A DNA stretch of 63,111 nucleotides, counting the filler. It is 7 parts of 7 records of this genome, joined end to end, with 100 filler letters (N's around TTAATTAATTAA, not from the genome) between each part and the next. Parts side by side here need not be neighbours in the genome. Positions count along the whole stretch, not along the records: positions 1 to 23,699 come from SRR31147125_69597; 6 more parts are not named here. One strand, given 5' to 3'. Made by a program: the position numbers and the translations under genes. The notes beneath the pieces were generated by a model. The model was not told the origin of the DNA. It worked only from the letters and a program-made list of their open reading frames with translations, and searched no databases. The number at the start of each line of letters is the position of its first letter. The stretch's first letter is position 1. Below, piece after piece: positions 9,032 through 19,302 of the stretch.

Positions 9032-11035
9032 TCAGTCAGGTAGAACCATATAACTCGAGAAGGTGAACTGGCCGACAATAGCCCATATCCCGCCCATCAG
9101 CAGGTCCCCGATGACCAGCCCTATAAAGAAAAACTGCATCTTCCGGAACAGGGTGACGCCGCCATATTTCATGCATAGTGCGTTGCACATCCAGCCGATG
9201 AAGAAGCTGACCCAGAGGATGCGCATCGCCGATGAATACGCAGTAAGGTAGCCGATCGGGTGGATCGGCCACCAGTAGAAGCGCTGATAGCAAAAGACCA
9301 GGGCCAGCATCGCGAAGGCGCCGATCAGCGTGAATATGTAAACCGAATCACCCGGCGAAACCGGGTTGACGACAAGTCTGAACGCGTTTTCGTACACGTT
9401 CAGTGTCGTACTCGTCGCCCACTCGAGTTCGAGCTCGCGGATACCGTAACGGTAGCAGAGTGTCATCATCGCCAGTACCGATGCGGTAACCGACACCGCG
9501 AGGGTGAGCAGCAGTCCTGTGAAAATGAGGGTGGTCGGGCGCTTGCCCTGGTGGACTTTCTTGGCATGCAGCAGTGACGGCATTAACGATTCGCGCAGAT
9601 CGACGAAAAGCACCTTCTGGCTGATTGCGCCGAGCAGACCGCCGACGCCGGCGAACATCTTGGTACCGAAAATTGCGATCAGCCCGTCGATCGGGGCGGC
9701 CGTCAGGGTGAAGTAAGCGATGCCGCCCTGACAGATGATGCGGGTCGCAACCAGGGAGATCATGAAGAACGAGCAAATCAGCAGCAGCGCTGGCACCGGG
9801 GCCATCCCCTGCCACAGGAACCAAGACACGAGAAGGCCGAAACCGATGATGATTCCCCAGAAGGAGACCCGCACATCGAACCATTCGATCTGTCGTAGAT
9901 CCACTGATCTGAGGAACAGCGCCTGCTGCGAAACTGCGAGCAGATGGTGGCGGGCAAGCCAGACCAGGAAAACGAAGAACACCCCGTACGCGCCGATCAT
10001 CTGCATCTCTTCCGGGCGCGTGAGGGTGGGGCCGAAGGTGATGCCGAGTTCCGAGGCAGGTACCGCGTAGCCGGTTACATCGAGCACCCCGTAGAACAGC
10101 GCGCCGGCGAGGAAGAAGAACCAGAAGGAAAAAGAGATCTGGCGCGAGGTCAGGAACGCGAACCCGATGAATGCCGGGTAAAAATAGATCTTGAGTTTAT
10201 AAAATCCCGAGAGCAGCCCTTCCTTCGGGAAGTACTTGCCGGCCAGGACCAGGGTCTCGAGCGTGGGAATCGACGGGAAGTGCATGCTCAATCCGTTGAG
10301 CAGGTGCAGGCAGATCGGCACGCACAGGCCGATCAGCAGAAAACGGTTGGTCAGCAGGCGACTGCCGTCGGGGCTGTCGACGGCGAAGCTGACGAACTGT
10401 GATACCTTGAGCAGCGGGAAATTCAGTTTTTCGTTGACGACCCACTGCCGGGCGAAGAGGTTGATGATGCAGAGCATCACCAGGTAACTGAGCAGGATGA
10501 AAATGGACCAGCGGAAAAAGACCATCGACCAGGCCTGCCACGGGATCTCGAACAGCACCTCCAGCCAGCCCATCGAACGGCCGGTCGGCAGACCGTTATA
10601 GAGCAGTTCGATAGCGCCGATGTCCTTTGGCATCAGCGCGGTGGGGAGCAGCGGATCAAATGTCTCGCGCCATTGATTGCCGGTGGTGGCAAAATGAATC
10701 GGTGCAGTCAGATTGATCAGAAAGGTTCGTGTCAGTCCGGTGTAGGCGATGCCCGAACCGATCACCATCTGCATCCAGATGACGAGCAGCTCCGAGCCGG
10801 TGAGCAGTGAACGGGAACGGGAGAGGCGGGAGATAATCAGGACCACCAGCGCCATCACCAGGAAGATGAAGAACGGTGCGAGCGGGAAGTGTCCGCCGCC
10901 GAGTGGAGTGGCCCGGTGATAGATGTTGTTGACCGGCGTGAAGAGACAGATCGCAGCGGCGAATATAAGCCCGATGCAGATTGCTCTCAATCTGATGTGC
11001 GGGGTCAGGTTGTCTGTTATGATTTCCCGGCTCAT
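9032..11035 (-). CDS. DUF6785/DUF6784-type polytopic membrane protein (OPT-like)
   Basis: RQWVVNEKLNFPL and WWPIHPIGY motifs, many TM helices. Confidence 0.75.
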   Translation of the reverse strand: MSREIITDNLTPHIRLRAICIGLIFAAAICLFTPVNNIYHRATPLGGGHFPLAPFFIFLVMALVVLIISRLSRSRSLLTGSELLVIWMQMVIGSGIAYTGLTRTFLINLTAPIHFATTGNQWRETFDPLLPTALMPKDIGAIELLYNGLPTGRSMGWLEVLFEIPWQAWSMVFFRWSIFILLSYLVMLCIINLFARQWVVNEKLNFPLLKVSQFVSFAVDSPDGSRLLTNRFLLIGLCVPICLHLLNGLSMHFPSIPTLETLVLAGKYFPKEGLLSGFYKLKIYFYPAFIGFAFLTSRQISFSFWFFFLAGALFYGVLDVTGYAVPASELGITFGPTLTRPEEMQMIGAYGVFFVFLVWLARHHLLAVSQQALFLRSVDLRQIEWFDVRVSFWGIIIGFGLLVSWFLWQGMAPVPALLLICSFFMISLVATRIICQGGIAYFTLTAAPIDGLIAIFGTKMFAGVGGLLGAISQKVLFVDLRESLMPSLLHAKKVHQGKRPTTLIFTGLLLTLAVSVTASVLAMMTLCYRYGIRELELEWATSTTLNVYENAFRLVVNPVSPGDSVYIFTLIGAFAMLALVFCYQRFYWWPIHPIGYLTAYSSAMRILWVSFFIGWMCNALCMKYGGVTLFRKMQFFFIGLVIGDLLMGGIWAIVGQFTFSSYMVLPD

Positions 11036-14000
11036 GATTCCTGGGGCACTGGCCCGCCCTCCGATATGTTCCTGAAATCGCTGCGAAGCTGTTCGTGGAT
11101 GGTGTGATCCATGGAGCGCCAGACCAACAGTTGTTTGCGCAGCTGGTGAATGAACATCTTGTTAATCCGCATCCACTGACCTTTCTCTCCCGATTCACGG
11201 TGAATTCGCAGCTTGATCGCCAGGAAGTCGTCTTGCCCCGGTGCGGCGATGAATATGATATCTGCCCGCTGCATGATGCCGAAATCAAAGGGCGCCAGCC
11301 AGACCCTGGCCTGCAGGTGAACCGGGACCGGCTGTTGCTCGTCTCTGGAATCGTCGATGAGGTCGACATGGCCGGTGGAGAATCGGCCGTGGGATATGTC
11401 CTGGTGACCGATAAAGTAGTTGTAGAGATAGCCGCCGACCGATTCATGTTCATCGTATTTCATGAAGAAAGGGAGGTTGGTCTCGATGGTGTCATCGACC
11501 GGCTCTGGCAGCTCGAAGGAGCGGTTCACATCGGGTATGGCAATGCGTGCGGCGACCCGGGACGGATAGATCACCGAGATGAGTACGACGCCGATGACGA
11601 GAAGCATCGCGGCGACACCGGCCGTGGACGAATAGTTCACCGTGATGCCTTCCCAGAAACTGGTACCGGACAGAAAAGCCGCGGAAACCTGTGCCAGCAG
11701 GTAGCCCAGCACCACTGAGATCACAGCCAGCGCCATTGCCTCGGCCACAAAGAGAAAACCGACATGGGAGGGTGCGAGCCCGACCGAGGTATAGATACCG
11801 ATCTCGTTTTTACGCTCGTAGACCGAGCTGATCATCGTGTTGAGCACGATGAGAATGGAGATAAGCAGTGGGATGATGATGTTCGGAACACCGCTGTATG
11901 CGATCGTGTCACTGAGGTTGTATAGCCACACGCCCTCTGCGTCACCGGCAAAGATGGCGAGGCTGAACCGGTCCATCAGCGTTGATGCAATTCCCCCGAT
12001 GTCGGTATCTCCCTTCGGGCTGATCGCGATATTTTTCAGGGTTCCGCCCATGGCCGTCAGGGTCGGGGCCGGAACGAGCGCGGTCAGTGATCCGGGAACA
12101 TGGGTATAGCGTCCCTGGAAACTGCGGATGTCCTCTCCCGACTCAATGGCTTCCTGCTCGACGTCGGATAACCCTTCCTCACGGTCCTTGGGGAAGGTGA
12201 CCGGTGTCAGCGGTTCTCCGTCCAGATCATGCACCGTGTCGAGCACATCCCCGGGAAAGGTTCCAATCACGGTGAAGTCGGTTCCCCAGAGTTTGATCGT
12301 GCTGTCCGGACCGGGCGACACCCCGAGCTGTGCGGCGGCGGAATCGGGGAGGATGATGGCGTGATAGTCGTCATCGGTGAACCACCGGCCGGCCGACAGC
12401 ATGCGGTCGAGCCCGGTCACATTTGCCTCTGCGGGCGTGAGGCCCACGAGCCCCTGGATTGACGTGCCGGTAGTACGATGGCGCAGCGGAACGTGGATGG
12501 TGCGGGTGGGGTCGGCAGCATCGAGCCAGATGCGGGGTGCCGGGTCGCTGATGCCCTGCATGCTGCCTTCGAGGATCTCCACGGCCTGGGGCGGCATCGA
12601 TTGCCAGTTCAGCTTTTTGAGCAGCAATCCCTGATACGGAGCCTGGTCATGGAAAAAGAGCCGGTTTTCCTTGAGGTTTGATTTCACCGTGGTGAAGCTC
12701 ATGATCGTAAATGTCAGGATGATCAGCGTCGAACAGGTCAGGATCGTGCGTATCTTCCTTCTCCGCAGATTCGAGACGCCCAGGAAAAACGCGGCGACGA
12801 ATGCCTTCCAGCGGCTGATTTCTGCAGCGCTCATGTTGCTGGCTCTTCGTTGCAGCAAGATCATCTCCTCCTCGAACCGGAAAAAGATGATCAAGGTCAC
12901 CATCAGCGATAACCCGAGAATGAAAAAGGCGAGGATGACAACCATCGGGCTGTAGGCCAGCTCGAAAGCCGGGTGTACGTTGTAGACGATCGCGATCAGC
13001 CCGACCAGGATCAGGCTGAACGCGCTGATCCGTTTATAGATGTTTGCGTATCCGAACAGGAACCGTTCCATGCAGAACGCAAAAGGTACGAACAGGGCGA
13101 TGTAGAACAGAACACCGAAAAGCACGTCCTTCTGGGTCTTTTCTATCTGCGAGTAAACCCGTGCACCAAGCGCCAGTGATTCGGAAGCGGCTTCCCTGAA
13201 ATCGGTGTAGTTGAGTGCCGAGAGGTATCGCTCGCTGTCCGCCAGCGCTTTCATGCCGCGCGTTCTGAGGCTGCCGATCCGCTCGTCGTATATGCCGTGC
13301 GCCTCAAGGTTTTCGATCCTCGGTGTGAGCAGCGCCCACAGGTCAGCTGCGGCGTGGTAGACGGTGTTGACGATCCGGGGATAGTCATCGACAGGATAAC
13401 CGTTCCCCATCGGTTTTTCTTTACTGCCGTTAGACAGGATCAGTTTACGGGTGAGCACGTTGTCGGACAGGGTGAGCTTGAGCCGGGCTCCCGGTTCCAG
13501 GTAGATCGACGAGATGATCGATTCGCGGGTGTCGATCCTGCTGTACCAGTAACGCTGTGGTGGTGCATCGCGGCGGCCGTCGAACAGGTACAGCTTTGTC
13601 ATGTAGTCGAAGCTACGGGGCTCGAGGAGATCGAAGATCGTGGTCTCTCTGCTGGCAAACATCACCAGCCGGGTCTTCATCGCCCGTCGCGTTATTTTAA
13701 CGCGGTAGTTGGTCTTGGTCGTCTCTTTCTTGTCAATCGCCCAGATCACCTTGCCGCTGTCGTCATCGAAGCGGTACCCCTCGATGATGAGCTTGTCGAA
13801 CACGTTCTTCTTGTCGGAGATGCCCTTGTAGAGGAAGGTCCCGTCCCGGTTAACCCAGCCGTAGAGTTTGGCGATTCCCTGGTAGGAGAGCAGTACCGAA
13901 TCTGAGGTGGGGTAGTTAGCGAACAACTCACCGTGCAGCATCAGGTTGCTGGTTCCCGTCACGGAAGAATATCCATTGCGCGGGAACAGGTCGTCGTGCA

Positions 14001-15810
14001 GGGCGGGAGCCGTGGAGACACCGTCCAGCATATCCTTCAGCAGTTCGAACTGGTCGGAGATATAGGAAACATCGACCCGGTCGACCGTATCCCACGGCGT
14101 GCCCCAGATAGTCCGGGCATCCCCGATGGTGGTCAGGGTAACGCCGATATAACCGCCAAGAGAGCTGACCTCGCCGCCGAGAAAGGGACGGTCGGGGAAA
14201 AACGAGTCCCAGCTTCTCAGGTTGCTGGGCCGCAATGAGTTGATATAGCGGGCATCACCGTACGAACCGCTGCTGCTCGCCGTGAAGACATCGTGGATGG
14301 TGCTGAAAATCGCGGTGCGGTTGATTCGCGGCCGCAGCTTATAGAGCCACCCGCGGTTGAAGCCGCCGATGCCTTCACCGTGGCTCGATAGATGCAGTGA
14401 GACGATCGCGCCGATCGTGTAGTCTCGGGTCAGCTGGCGAAAATCGAGTGCGGACTGCAGCGCGTTAAGTTGTGCGGTATAATCCGCGACGTCGGCCTGC
14501 ATGGTCTGCTCAATGGTAGGAATCAGTTCCCGCAGGAGCTGCATTTCCTGGTCCGGCAGGTCGTGATAGGAGATCGCCCAACTCAATCTCCGCAATGCGA
14601 AGCGGTGCTCGGCAAGGGCCGTGATTCGGGACTCGCTGGCCCGCTCCTTCTGCATACGCAGGTTCATTAAACGAGTCGAAATCTGGTCGATCTCGAACCT
14701 GAGATCGTTTCTTATCGCCTGCGCCAGCAGGTCGTCCCGTTCCGCATCTTCAGAGAGGGGAAAGCTGAGCCCGCCGATCAACTCCAGGTTGTCTTCGGCA
14801 TTTCCGATCAGTTTTTTCAGATCTTTCCGACGATCCCTGAGTGTCTTGGTCCGCTCCTGCATACTCCAGATCAGGTCCCGCATGCCGTGCAGCGACTGAG
14901 CGTGCCCGCTGGTCGCAACCAGCATCATCGAGCGTTCCGGCGGGTGTTCGGCAAAGTGTTCGGCGAGTTTGAGCAGATTGGCAATCGATACGCTCTCGTC
15001 GGCCCCGGGGGAGCGTCCGGCTACGTGTGCGGTGGAATCGTAGAAGGCCTCGACGATAACGAGCTCTTCCCCCAGTTCGGGGCCGCTGCCCTCTATCAGC
15101 GTGTAGATGTTCCGCCTGGTTGTGTTCTGCCAGGTAATCCGGGAGGAAAGTGAGACCTCCTCCCGCAGGAGGCCTTCCGGGGCATTCCAGTAGTCGTCGA
15201 ACAGAGACTGTGCCTGCTCTTCCTCCATCCAGTAACAGGGGAACTGGATCGGGGAGAGTTCTTCTTTTTCGCGGAAGAAACTGTTGTCGGTCGTCATTGT
15301 CCGATCGACGAAGATGACCGCCGCGGCACCGAGCGATGCGGCGGTAAGCCAGTTCCCGCCGGAATTGAAATCCATCAGCAGGATCGCATTCCGGATCTTC
15401 TTCTTATCCAGATTTCGGAGATTTCCCCCGCCCACCCAGTAGAGCGGCCCCCGCAGTTCCCCGTCTATGGACTGCGGGGTGACGGCGTTGTTCATCAGCG
15501 GTTGCAGACTCACTGTCTGGCTGTCGATTCCCAGGGTTGCATGGTGTACGTTCCGGGTGGGGATCTGGAAATAGTAGTTCTGCGGGGTAAATCCGAGTCC
15601 GTCCAGGAAGTCGGCAATATAGTCGGCGGCACGGCTGCTTCCCTCAGCACCGCTGCTCCGGTCGCCATAGTCGGAAAGCGTCGCAATGATCTCCTGCAAT
15701 TCTTCCGTCTGCGCCACGGCCGGAATGCACCCCAGCCACAGGCTCATCCCGAGGATCAGGATGTGGCCGACAAAGCGGCCAGCGATAGAAGAGGGAGTGA
15801 CCATGTGCAT
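11032..15810 (-). CDS. Giant FtsX/MacB-type ABC permease with an N-terminal M28-peptidase/PA-like ectodomain
   Basis: Signal peptide; YDS..PGADE M28-like motifs; SNLRRRKIRTILT MacB N-helix; SVYERKNEIGIYTSVG FtsX motif. Confidence 0.85.
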   Translation of the reverse strand: MHMVTPSSIAGRFVGHILILGMSLWLGCIPAVAQTEELQEIIATLSDYGDRSSGAEGSSRAADYIADFLDGLGFTPQNYYFQIPTRNVHHATLGIDSQTVSLQPLMNNAVTPQSIDGELRGPLYWVGGGNLRNLDKKKIRNAILLMDFNSGGNWLTAASLGAAAVIFVDRTMTTDNSFFREKEELSPIQFPCYWMEEEQAQSLFDDYWNAPEGLLREEVSLSSRITWQNTTRRNIYTLIEGSGPELGEELVIVEAFYDSTAHVAGRSPGADESVSIANLLKLAEHFAEHPPERSMMLVATSGHAQSLHGMRDLIWSMQERTKTLRDRRKDLKKLIGNAEDNLELIGGLSFPLSEDAERDDLLAQAIRNDLRFEIDQISTRLMNLRMQKERASESRITALAEHRFALRRLSWAISYHDLPDQEMQLLRELIPTIEQTMQADVADYTAQLNALQSALDFRQLTRDYTIGAIVSLHLSSHGEGIGGFNRGWLYKLRPRINRTAIFSTIHDVFTASSSGSYGDARYINSLRPSNLRSWDSFFPDRPFLGGEVSSLGGYIGVTLTTIGDARTIWGTPWDTVDRVDVSYISDQFELLKDMLDGVSTAPALHDDLFPRNGYSSVTGTSNLMLHGELFANYPTSDSVLLSYQGIAKLYGWVNRDGTFLYKGISDKKNVFDKLIIEGYRFDDDSGKVIWAIDKKETTKTNYRVKITRRAMKTRLVMFASRETTIFDLLEPRSFDYMTKLYLFDGRRDAPPQRYWYSRIDTRESIISSIYLEPGARLKLTLSDNVLTRKLILSNGSKEKPMGNGYPVDDYPRIVNTVYHAAADLWALLTPRIENLEAHGIYDERIGSLRTRGMKALADSERYLSALNYTDFREAASESLALGARVYSQIEKTQKDVLFGVLFYIALFVPFAFCMERFLFGYANIYKRISAFSLILVGLIAIVYNVHPAFELAYSPMVVILAFFILGLSLMVTLIIFFRFEEEMILLQRRASNMSAAEISRWKAFVAAFFLGVSNLRRRKIRTILTCSTLIILTFTIMSFTTVKSNLKENRLFFHDQAPYQGLLLKKLNWQSMPPQAVEILEGSMQGISDPAPRIWLDAADPTRTIHVPLRHRTTGTSIQGLVGLTPAEANVTGLDRMLSAGRWFTDDDYHAIILPDSAAAQLGVSPGPDSTIKLWGTDFTVIGTFPGDVLDTVHDLDGEPLTPVTFPKDREEGLSDVEQEAIESGEDIRSFQGRYTHVPGSLTALVPAPTLTAMGGTLKNIAISPKGDTDIGGIASTLMDRFSLAIFAGDAEGVWLYNLSDTIAYSGVPNIIIPLLISILIVLNTMISSVYERKNEIGIYTSVGLAPSHVGFLFVAEAMALAVISVVLGYLLAQVSAAFLSGTSFWEGITVNYSSTAGVAAMLLVIGVVLISVIYPSRVAARIAIPDVNRSFELPEPVDDTIETNLPFFMKYDEHESVGGYLYNYFIGHQDISHGRFSTGHVDLIDDSRDEQQPVPVHLQARVWLAPFDFGIMQRADIIFIAAPGQDDFLAIKLRIHRESGEKGQWMRINKMFIHQLRKQLLVWRSMDHTIHEQLRSDFRNISEGGPVPQES

Positions 15811-15818
15811 ACCGGTGA

Positions 15819-16544
15819 TTATTCGAGACCGCCGGTCCTGATTTCCAGTTCCGAGCGTTCCTGTATTTTCTCTACCCGACCGTCCCGGATCCAGATCACC
15901 TGGTCGGAAACATTGAGCATTTTGTAGTCATGGGTTGCCGAGATCACAGTGACTTTTCTTTCGCTGCTCAATTCCTTGAGCAGGTCGATGATATCCTCAC
16001 CGGTCTTGAGGTCCAGGTTGCCGGTCGGTTCATCGGCCAGGACAATGGCCGGGCTATTGGCGAGTGCCCGTGCGACTGCAACCCGCTGTTGCTGGCCGCC
16101 GGAAAGTTCGGTGGGCTTGTGCGCGTGCCTGCCGTCGAGACCGACCTGCCCCAGCAGCGCCATGCCCTGTTCCACTGCGGCATCGTTGGATACGCCGGCA
16201 AAGGTCATCGGCAGGGTGACGTTTTCCAGTGCGGTCATCACCGGGATCAGGTTGAACGTCTGGAAGATATAGCCGATCTTCCGGCAACGTAGCCACGCGA
16301 GTTCGTATGCGTCGAGCTGCGCGATGTCGACCTCGTCGATGAACACCTTTCCCGAGGTCGGCTTGTCGAGACCGCCGATCATGTTGAACAGGGTCGATTT
16401 GCCGGAACCGGACGGTCCCATGATGGACAGGTACTTCCCCTCTTCAATTTCGAGGTCAATGCCCTTGAGCACGTTGACCACGATTTTACCGAGGTCGAAA
16501 TCCTTGGTAACCCCGCTCACTCTGACAATTGTTTTATCGGGCAT
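15819..16544 (-). CDS. LolD/MacB-family ABC ATP-binding protein
   Basis: GPSGSGKST, LSGGQQQRVA, LADEPTGNLD. Confidence 0.95.
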   Translation of the reverse strand: MPDKTIVRVSGVTKDFDLGKIVVNVLKGIDLEIEEGKYLSIMGPSGSGKSTLFNMIGGLDKPTSGKVFIDEVDIAQLDAYELAWLRCRKIGYIFQTFNLIPVMTALENVTLPMTFAGVSNDAAVEQGMALLGQVGLDGRHAHKPTELSGGQQQRVAVARALANSPAIVLADEPTGNLDLKTGEDIIDLLKELSSERKVTVISATHDYKMLNVSDQVIWIRDGRVEKIQERSELEIRTGGLE

Positions 16545-16574
16545 GGCTGCTACCGTAAGCTGTTGTTAGTATAA

Positions 16575-17225
16575 TCATTGTTCAAGCCGCATCGCCTCCA
16601 CCGGCTGCATCCTCGCGGCGATGATCGCCGGATAGATCACGCCCGCAAGGCTCAGTCCGGTACCGACCAAAATCGAGAGCAGCATTGACCAGCCCAGTGC
16701 GGCCCACGGGAACGCGGAGAATATACCGAGTCCAAGGTTTATCGACGAGGAGAGAAGGGCGGTAAAAACCCCGAGGACCGATCCGGCCAGAGACCCGGCG
16801 AGCCCCTGCATCAATGCTTCCAGGACAAAAATACGGACGATGAAACGATCGAGTGCCCCCAGGCATTTCATCGTGCCGATTTCGCGGAATCGCTCGGTGA
16901 CCGACATCAGCTGCGCGTTGATGATGCCGACGATGCAGACCAGCAGGGACAGGGTGACGATCCAGCGCTGCTTGGCGGAAGCTCCGATTACTTCAGTTGC
17001 AAAACTCACGTCGTAGCCCGCTTTGATCAGCGTCTGGTAGGCGCTGATGTCGCCTGAGTTGAGCAGCGCCTGGGCAAAATCGTTGCAGGCGCGCATGTAG
17101 CAGAGAAAGGCCACGGCAAGCACCAGGCTGGTTGTGGTAACGAGAGATCTGAAGAAACGCACCCGTATCGATTGAAAAGCAATTTCAAGCGATTTTCTGA
17201 ATGGCAGGGCTATCAGGCGTTTCAT
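16575..17225 (-). CDS. Small FtsX-like ABC permease with almost no periplasmic domain
   Basis: SVTERFREIGTMKCLGA; C-terminal PAIIAARMQPVEAMR. Confidence 0.9.
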   Translation of the reverse strand: MKRLIALPFRKSLEIAFQSIRVRFFRSLVTTTSLVLAVAFLCYMRACNDFAQALLNSGDISAYQTLIKAGYDVSFATEVIGASAKQRWIVTLSLLVCIVGIINAQLMSVTERFREIGTMKCLGALDRFIVRIFVLEALMQGLAGSLAGSVLGVFTALLSSSINLGLGIFSAFPWAALGWSMLLSILVGTGLSLAGVIYPAIIAARMQPVEAMRLEQ

Positions 17226-17293
17226 GTCTGTATTCAGGGCAGAGGCGGGAGCACGGCCTTGATTGGCGCTCTTAAGATCGGGACGGCATCAAG

Positions 17294-17323
17294 ATACTAT
17301 CTTCATCCGCCATTGCTTGTCAA
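17294..17323 (-). promoter_or_regulatory. Candidate sigma70 promoter for the transport module
   Basis: Minus strand reads TTGACA-N18-TAGTAT about 70 bp upstream of the small permease start. Confidence 0.4.
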
Positions 17324-17370
17324 TAATATTCAGGGAAACCGGTACGTAGTGTTATCTGGCGCGCTCTTTT

Positions 17371-18156
17371 TCAGTTTATGAGTTGGTTGAAATCGCAGAC
17401 CTGCAATCGTGGCTGTGCAGCAATGATGCGCAGCAGTCCGTCGAGAAATAAGAGGGCTGGCTGGTCCATGCGCTGGTGGTGCAGCATGATACCGACGTGC
17501 GTGTTGTCTATTGCTGCAGTGAATTCGCCACACAGCTTGTGAAGGCTTGCGTGCGGATCACTTTCTTTACTCGTATGCAGGTCGATGTTGATGTAGAGGT
17601 CGGGCAGCGGAGCCGGTTTCTTCTGTTCGCCACGGCTCCTCGATATCCCGCGAAACTGCAGACGGGTGAGCGCGTCCATGGTAAGGGGTGAACAGCGATT
17701 CCAGGGTGGGGTGAAAAAGGGTGAGAATTCTTCACCGAGCAGTGACTCCAGCCTGGTCCTGCCGCGCATCAGCTCTGTTTCTATCTCGGGACCGGTTCGC
17801 GACGGGCCGAACTCGTATTTTTTCCCTGCGGGTTCGTGGTTGCGGTGACTCCAGCCGTGCTGGTGCCAGCACCACAGGGGCAGGGATGTGTTCACGCGTT
17901 TCCCGATTGCCTCCCAGCGCGGTCCGGTCAGCCACGCAGGAACAACCGCCAGGCAGAGCGCCAGGTTGTGGCGTGTAAAACAGTCGGTCATCGCGAAAAA
18001 GTTGTACGACGGCACTCCAATGTCATCCGCCCTGAAAAATGCAGGAACAGAGGTACCGTGCGGCATACGGGACAGGGCGGTAGTGATAGTTTCCTCAACT
18101 GAGGCGAGGGCGATGTGAGGATCGATTCGGTAGATGGAGGATGCGGTATGATCCAT
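17371..18156 (-). CDS. Polysaccharide deacetylase-family (CE4/NodB-like) protein
   Basis: FFRADD, QHGWSHRNH, FTPPWNR, IMLHH motifs. Confidence 0.88.
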   Translation of the reverse strand: MDHTASSIYRIDPHIALASVEETITTALSRMPHGTSVPAFFRADDIGVPSYNFFAMTDCFTRHNLALCLAVVPAWLTGPRWEAIGKRVNTSLPLWCWHQHGWSHRNHEPAGKKYEFGPSRTGPEIETELMRGRTRLESLLGEEFSPFFTPPWNRCSPLTMDALTRLQFRGISRSRGEQKKPAPLPDLYINIDLHTSKESDPHASLHKLCGEFTAAIDNTHVGIMLHHQRMDQPALLFLDGLLRIIAAQPRLQVCDFNQLIN

Positions 18157-18159
18157 AAT

Positions 18160-19302
18160 TCACGTATGGGGCTGGAGAAAACGGGCGGTTCGGGCGGCCC
18201 CGTCAAGCATCAGCGATGTCCGGTAGCGGGATTCGGCGAGTTGTCTCCGGATAGCTTTCGCTAACGGCTGCGACTGTAGATCCTCTTTTTCGAGTATTGC
18301 TATGGGATGACCATCCGTCAGTTTGGTCAGTCTCAGTCGCTGTTCCCGGTTCTGGTCGAACGGCATCATCAGTGCGGGCACCCCTGCCGCGATAACATTC
18401 ATCGACGTATTGTACCCGGCCATCGAAATGGAGAGGTCGGCCGCGGCGAGCCAATCCACGAATGTATCGGTAAAACGGTGAATACGTATCCGTTCGTGGG
18501 TTTTGGCGGACAACGATTCGTAAACGGCATCGTTGCAATACGGGCCGGTAAAAAGGTCGAAATGATATGGTGATTCCTCGACCATGGTGTGGGCTGTCTC
18601 GTGAACTGCCTGCAGCAGCTCAGAACCGACACTTCCGCTGCCGATACTGGCGACGATCAGCTTCTCCTGCGGTCTCATGGACAGGGAATCACGTAGTGTA
18701 TGCCTGCTGTCACGAGTGGGCAGGGGGGTGACGAAGCCGGTGTAGTGGATCGGGATGGTGATCTGCTCGAACAGGGAAAATGTTTCATCGAGGGTTGCGA
18801 GTCGGGGGTCGCTGTGGACCAGCAGCATATCGAAAAAACGATTCAGCGTTTTGACCGCATTCTGCTCGTGCTTGAGTTGTTCCTGTTTTTTTTCCACGAG
18901 AATATCGCGCAGGCTGCAGATGACTCGGCAGCGGCTCTGCCGTGCGGCCTCGAGCAGCGGGAGAAGCTCGAAACGAAACGCTTTACGACCGAACGGAAAC
19001 AGCTCGACAACGAGAGCATCGGGGGCTGATCTCTGGAAAAACGATACCAGCTCCCGACTCCTGATCTCTTGTATGTCCGTGAGGGAGGCATGTGGATCGC
19101 AGGGCATCAGGGTGCTGAACTGTTCGTCCATCTTCAGTCCGGGCAGCTGGTAAAAAGAAAACGGCTCGCTGGACATGTCAATCGGGGGGCCACCGACAAC
19201 CATCGTGACATCGCTGTCTGCTGCACAGGCCCGGCAGATTTCCAGGCTGCGGTGAAAGTGCCCGACACCGAGGACATGCTGGCAGTAATAGGCCGTTTTC
19301 AC
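18160..19302 (-). CDS. GT-B glycosyltransferase, COG4671 / GT28 C-terminal type
   Basis: YCQHVLGVGHFHR, ELFPFGR, SISMAGYNT, EQRLR; GTG start overlaps the upstream TGA. Confidence 0.88.
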   Translation of the reverse strand: MKTAYYCQHVLGVGHFHRSLEICRACAADSDVTMVVGGPPIDMSSEPFSFYQLPGLKMDEQFSTLMPCDPHASLTDIQEIRSRELVSFFQRSAPDALVVELFPFGRKAFRFELLPLLEAARQSRCRVICSLRDILVEKKQEQLKHEQNAVKTLNRFFDMLLVHSDPRLATLDETFSLFEQITIPIHYTGFVTPLPTRDSRHTLRDSLSMRPQEKLIVASIGSGSVGSELLQAVHETAHTMVEESPYHFDLFTGPYCNDAVYESLSAKTHERIRIHRFTDTFVDWLAAADLSISMAGYNTSMNVIAAGVPALMMPFDQNREQRLRLTKLTDGHPIAILEKEDLQSQPLAKAIRRQLAESRYRTSLMLDGAARTARFLQPHT

